Below are positions 62,890 to 64,000 of a stretch of 64,000 nt of DNA, piece by piece; positions within the stretch are counted from its first letter, which is position 1, and each line of letters starts with the position of its first letter. The stretch lies in the NCBI GenBank assembly GCA_965113315.1, contig OZ220370.1; one strand, 5' to 3'. Under the pieces are notes generated by a model. That model worked only from the letters and a program-made list of their open reading frames with translations. It did not search any database and had not been told where the DNA came from. The stretch is from Podarcis vaucheri (taxonomy: Eukaryota). The position numbers and the translations under genes were made by a program.

Positions 62890-63105
62890 GAAGATGGAGA
62901 AATACACTTACGAGGAGTACAGTTCTGGTTACCACACCTCAAAAAGGCTAGTGTAGTACTGGGAAAGGTTCAGAAAAGGGCTACCGAAACGATCAAGGGG
63001 GTGGAGCAACTTCCTTATGAAGAAAGGTTAAAACATTTGGGGCTTTGCAGTTTAGAGAAAAGGCAAGGAAGATGGACGTGCGTACAATTGAGCATGGTGT
63101 GGAGA
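62890..63105 (+). mobile_element. Short CR1 fragment
   Basis: GTACAGTTCTGG..CACCTCAAAAAG..GGAAAGGTTCAGAAAAGGGC, similar to 1900-2050 and 45290-45480. Confidence 0.8.
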
Positions 63106-64000
63106 TGCCAGCACTGCCGCAAGGTGCTGATGTTTGGGTGAGGGCAGTGTCAGTGCCGCCGGCAAGTTCACATCTTCCTGGAGCAGCAGGGAGTGGGGGG
63201 ATTTCATGGTAGCAGCACCAAATGGAGTGGATTTTGTGGTCTGTGCATGTGTACCGGTTGGCACCAGCCTGTTAAGGACATACATATGTCAGCTGGTATA
63301 CATGCACCAAACATGCCCAGAGCTCTACTCAGCACCACAGTTCACCCCACTAAACAAAGCATAGCAAAACCAACTTACATGAATTTCTCAATGCAGCTTT
63401 CCACAGAAGCATGATATTTGTTACTTAAAACCCAAGAGAAAAGAGTGGTATATAAGTATGATTTAGTTCCATGGCCTTGTACATAGCCACTGCTTCACTG
63501 TGGGTAACGTTCCTGGTTCAGACCTCTACCTGGGTGGCAGAAGCTGTTCTCTGACTCCTAATCCTACCTAAGGTATGTCAAAGTGTTCCATTGAATATGT
63601 TTCTGCCCCAAAACAGTGGTCGCTTTGAAACCATCCTCTGATAACCAGCATGGGAATATTGTCCTGTTGATGCACCATTATATTGTGCAAGAGATAGCTA
63701 GAGAATTTGCATACGGCACAGTGAGATGATGTTGACAGTTGTGAGTTGAGAAGCTGCTGTGTTCACACTCTGAGAGCATTTCTTTGGGAATGGAGCCATA
63801 GTGAATTTGGCATTTTCCCAGTTTCGGGTACCATCTAGTCTACCAGAGTTAGATCAGTATGGGGATTTATGTGTACGTGTGGGCTTCCATCCTGTTTAAG
63901 GAAGCTTCTTGTTCACACATGTGCATGTCTTGTGTGTGGCACCATTCAAAGAAAATAAAGATGTTGAATGTGTTGAACTTCATGAATGGTCCACATAAAG

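Overview
This is vertebrate genomic DNA. The repeat content (Sauria and Squam-type SINEs, BovB, CR1, L2, L1, Penelope-like elements) points to a squamate, probably a lacertid lizard. The window lies inside the + strand gene RIMS2 (RIM2, a presynaptic active-zone protein), in the alternatively spliced region between the C2A and C2B domains. Four exons with mutually consistent phases are visible: a 33-nt microexon (3537-3569), a 101-nt exon ending in a GC donor with an internal GT donor (24842-24942), the serine-rich SDSDVSD exon (52894-53066), and a candidate 246-nt glutamate-rich cassette exon (55105-55350). The rest is intron rich in mobile elements. The most notable are a full-length BovB LINE with an intact ORF and TSD, a 2.1-kb L1-like element with a 16-bp TSD but no reverse transcriptase, a Neptune-type Penelope element with a hammerhead ribozyme nested in a CR1, and an apparently perfect 409-bp inverted repeat of a Penelope pseudo-LTR carrying a hammerhead motif on each strand. 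Gene and family names come from recalled sequences, not from database searches. No prokaryotic-type system or CRISPR array was seen.
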